A stretch of DNA of 16,726 nucleotides from Bacteriovoracaceae bacterium. GTDB taxonomy: Bacteria > Bdellovibrionota > Bacteriovoracia > Bacteriovoracales > Bacteriovoracaceae. Numbering within the stretch: the stretch's first letter is position 1; each line of letters opens with the position of its first letter. A program made the position numbers and the translations under genes. The notes under the pieces were generated by a model. The model did not search any database. It saw only the letters and a program-made list of their open reading frames with translations, and was not told where the DNA came from. The DNA is taken from contig JBMYPC010000064.1 in the NCBI GenBank assembly GCA_049599895.1, positions 1-16,726 of the forward strand, written 5' to 3'. Positions 16,692-16,726 of this stretch are shown piece by piece.

Positions 16692-16716
16692 TCTAAGAAG
16701 TACCTGGCACTTTCTG
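16692..16716 (-). repeat. Inverted copy of the REP-like palindrome
   Basis: Reverse complement CAGAAAGTGCCAGGTACTTCTTAGA matches 16539-16563 CAAAAAGTGCCAGGTACTTTTTAGA at 23 of 25 positions. Confidence 0.9.
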
Positions 16717-16726
16717 GGGGGGGGGG

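Noticed and set aside
16476..16716. CRISPR array
   Set aside because: Sequences following the two full repeats are identical rather than unique spacers, the last copy is inverted, and no cas genes are in the window.
16716..16726. 11-nt poly-G as a phase-variation tract or G-quadruplex
   Set aside because: It sits at the extreme sequence end, typical of two-colour Illumina no-signal tails or contig-end noise; cannot be assessed without reads.

Overview
AT-rich bacterial window, probably a whole short contig: it begins inside a low-complexity Lys/Ala repeat and ends in a palindromic repeat plus poly-G. Gene content suggests, by inference only, a Bdellovibrionota (Bacteriovorax/Halobacteriovorax-like) predator. 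Left to right: a 5'-truncated histone H1-like protein with a C-x4-C-x9-C-x2-H motif; a hypothetical gene; a thiolase plus a cNMP-binding protein; a small secreted protein; a VWA/MIDAS lipoprotein; a four-gene + strand cluster (tandem GYF_2-PilZ protein, alpha/beta hydrolase lacking its catalytic Ser, lipoprotein, membrane Ser/Thr kinase); and a - strand run of mutL, miaA, ppsR, a soluble MgtE cytosolic-domain protein and an NRAMP-related (NRMT-type) transporter. Most notable: (1) the GYF-PilZ/pseudo-hydrolase/lipoprotein/kinase cluster as a candidate signalling cassette; (2) an MgtE-type sensor with no pore beside an NRMT-type transporter and behind ppsR; (3) a MutL lacking all endonuclease motifs; (4) REP-like palindromes in tandem and inverted arrangement upstream of mutL; (5) several sigma28-like promoter elements. 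No rRNA, tRNA, CRISPR array or transposase was seen. All calls come from reading motifs by eye, with no database searches.
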